A DNA stretch of 33,559 bases from Sandarakinorhabdus sp. (lineage in GTDB: Bacteria; Pseudomonadota; Alphaproteobacteria; Sphingomonadales; Sphingomonadaceae): assembly GCF_031422795.1 (NCBI RefSeq), contig NZ_JANPML010000057.1, positions 1-33,559 of the forward strand, in the 5' to 3' direction. The notes beneath the pieces were generated by a model. That model did no database searches. It was not told the origin of the DNA and worked only from the letters and a program-made list of their open reading frames with translations. The first letter of the stretch is position 1. Each line of letters starts with the position of its first letter. The position numbers were made by a program, and so were the translations under genes. Positions 32,936 through 33,559 of the stretch are shown here, piece after piece.

Positions 32936-33285
32936 GCACGCTAGATCACAACAATCCAGCCCCGCAGATTGAAGCGCATGGTCGCATTTATCGCGCCAAC
33001 GTGGTGGTTGATTTTTATCTGCCCGAAGGCATCGCCGCGCCGGAGGGTCAGATCCACGAATGGCTGCTCTGGGAGATGCAGCTTGCGGGCCAGACGAGAG
33101 AAAGCCCGCTGCACGATCAGGTGCTGTCTGTCCATCGTGCCGACATCACTGATCTGCGCGATATGAAATGCCGGGCTTTTACGGAGTGGGAAGGCCTATC
33201 CACGGAAGGCCGCCGAAGCGGGCGCAGCCGCATCGTGCGCGATGGCGAGGCCTACAACCCGGCGTGGGTGGAGCCCGAGGCGTGA
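32932..33285 (+). CDS. Hypothetical early protein
   Basis: GTGA-coupled start at 32932. Confidence 0.6.
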   Translation: MSTLDHNNPAPQIEAHGRIYRANVVVDFYLPEGIAAPEGQIHEWLLWEMQLAGQTRESPLHDQVLSVHRADITDLRDMKCRAFTEWEGLSTEGRRSGRSRIVRDGEAYNPAWVEPEA

Positions 33286-33559
33286 GCAAATTCGCCGCCA
33301 ACACCGAAGTGAGCAGCGAAGCCAGCCGCACCGAGATCGAGCGCACCCTGCGCCGATACGGTGCCGATAGTTTCCTGTACGGCACCGATGGCAACCGCGC
33401 CCTGGTCGCGTTCCGGATGGAAGGCCGGCAGGTGAAGTTCACCCTTACGATGCCCGATCCAAAGGCCGATGAATTCTGGCTCTACTATCGCGGCTCGGTT
33501 CTGTATCGACGGGCGGATAGCGTGGCCGAGAAGAACTGGGAACAGGCATGCCGCCAACG
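33282..33559 (+). CDS. Conserved phage hypothetical protein, 3'-truncated
   Basis: GTG 33282, open to the window end: SKFAANTEVSSEASRTEIERTLRRYGADSF...WEQACRQR. Confidence 0.7.
   Translation, partial: MSKFAANTEVSSEASRTEIERTLRRYGADSFLYGTDGNRALVAFRMEGRQVKFTLTMPDPKADEFWLYYRGSVLYRRADSVAEKNWEQACRQ

Larger units (their letters stand above)
1178..33559. mobile_element. Temperate HK97-like siphovirus prophage integrated at tRNA-Thr, right end outside the window
   Basis: Contiguous packaging, head, tail, lysis, replication, cro/cI and early modules begin immediately after the tRNA 3' end. Confidence 0.93.

Overview
GC-rich alphaproteobacterial DNA (sphingomonad-like by gene content; inference). It begins with the 5'-truncated part of a host M14-type (succinylglutamate desuccinylase/aspartoacylase-like) gene and an intact tRNA-Thr(TGT) at 1103-1177. 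The rest is the left ~32 kb of a temperate HK97-like siphophage prophage that runs off the right edge, so the integrase and second att site are not visible. Gene order: att, Q-like late regulator, late promoter/terminator, HNH, an antisense thermonuclease, terS/terL, portal, protease, capsid, a ~5.7 kb head/neck fibre accessory block, neck/tail genes, lysis cassette (endolysin, exported beta-helix protein, holin-like gene, Rz with a nested Rz1 missing from the ORF track), terminator and cos-like signal. A convergent minus-strand arm follows (rep with iterons, wHTH-HNH, cII-like, cro), then cI and a rightward early operon including gapR. The most unusual points are: (1) an HNH nuclease carrying a paralog of the replication initiator's origin-binding wHTH, encoded directly upstream of rep; (2) a rewired lambdoid layout in which the cro/rep arm dead-ends and the late regulator sits next to att, so late expression may be gated by excision; (3) a cos-like signal after the lysis cassette, while a nuclease moron occupies the usual cos position; (4) polysaccharide-active cargo, namely a head-spike SGNH esterase and a signal-peptide beta-helix protein. 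All family calls are from motif recognition by eye, not database searches.
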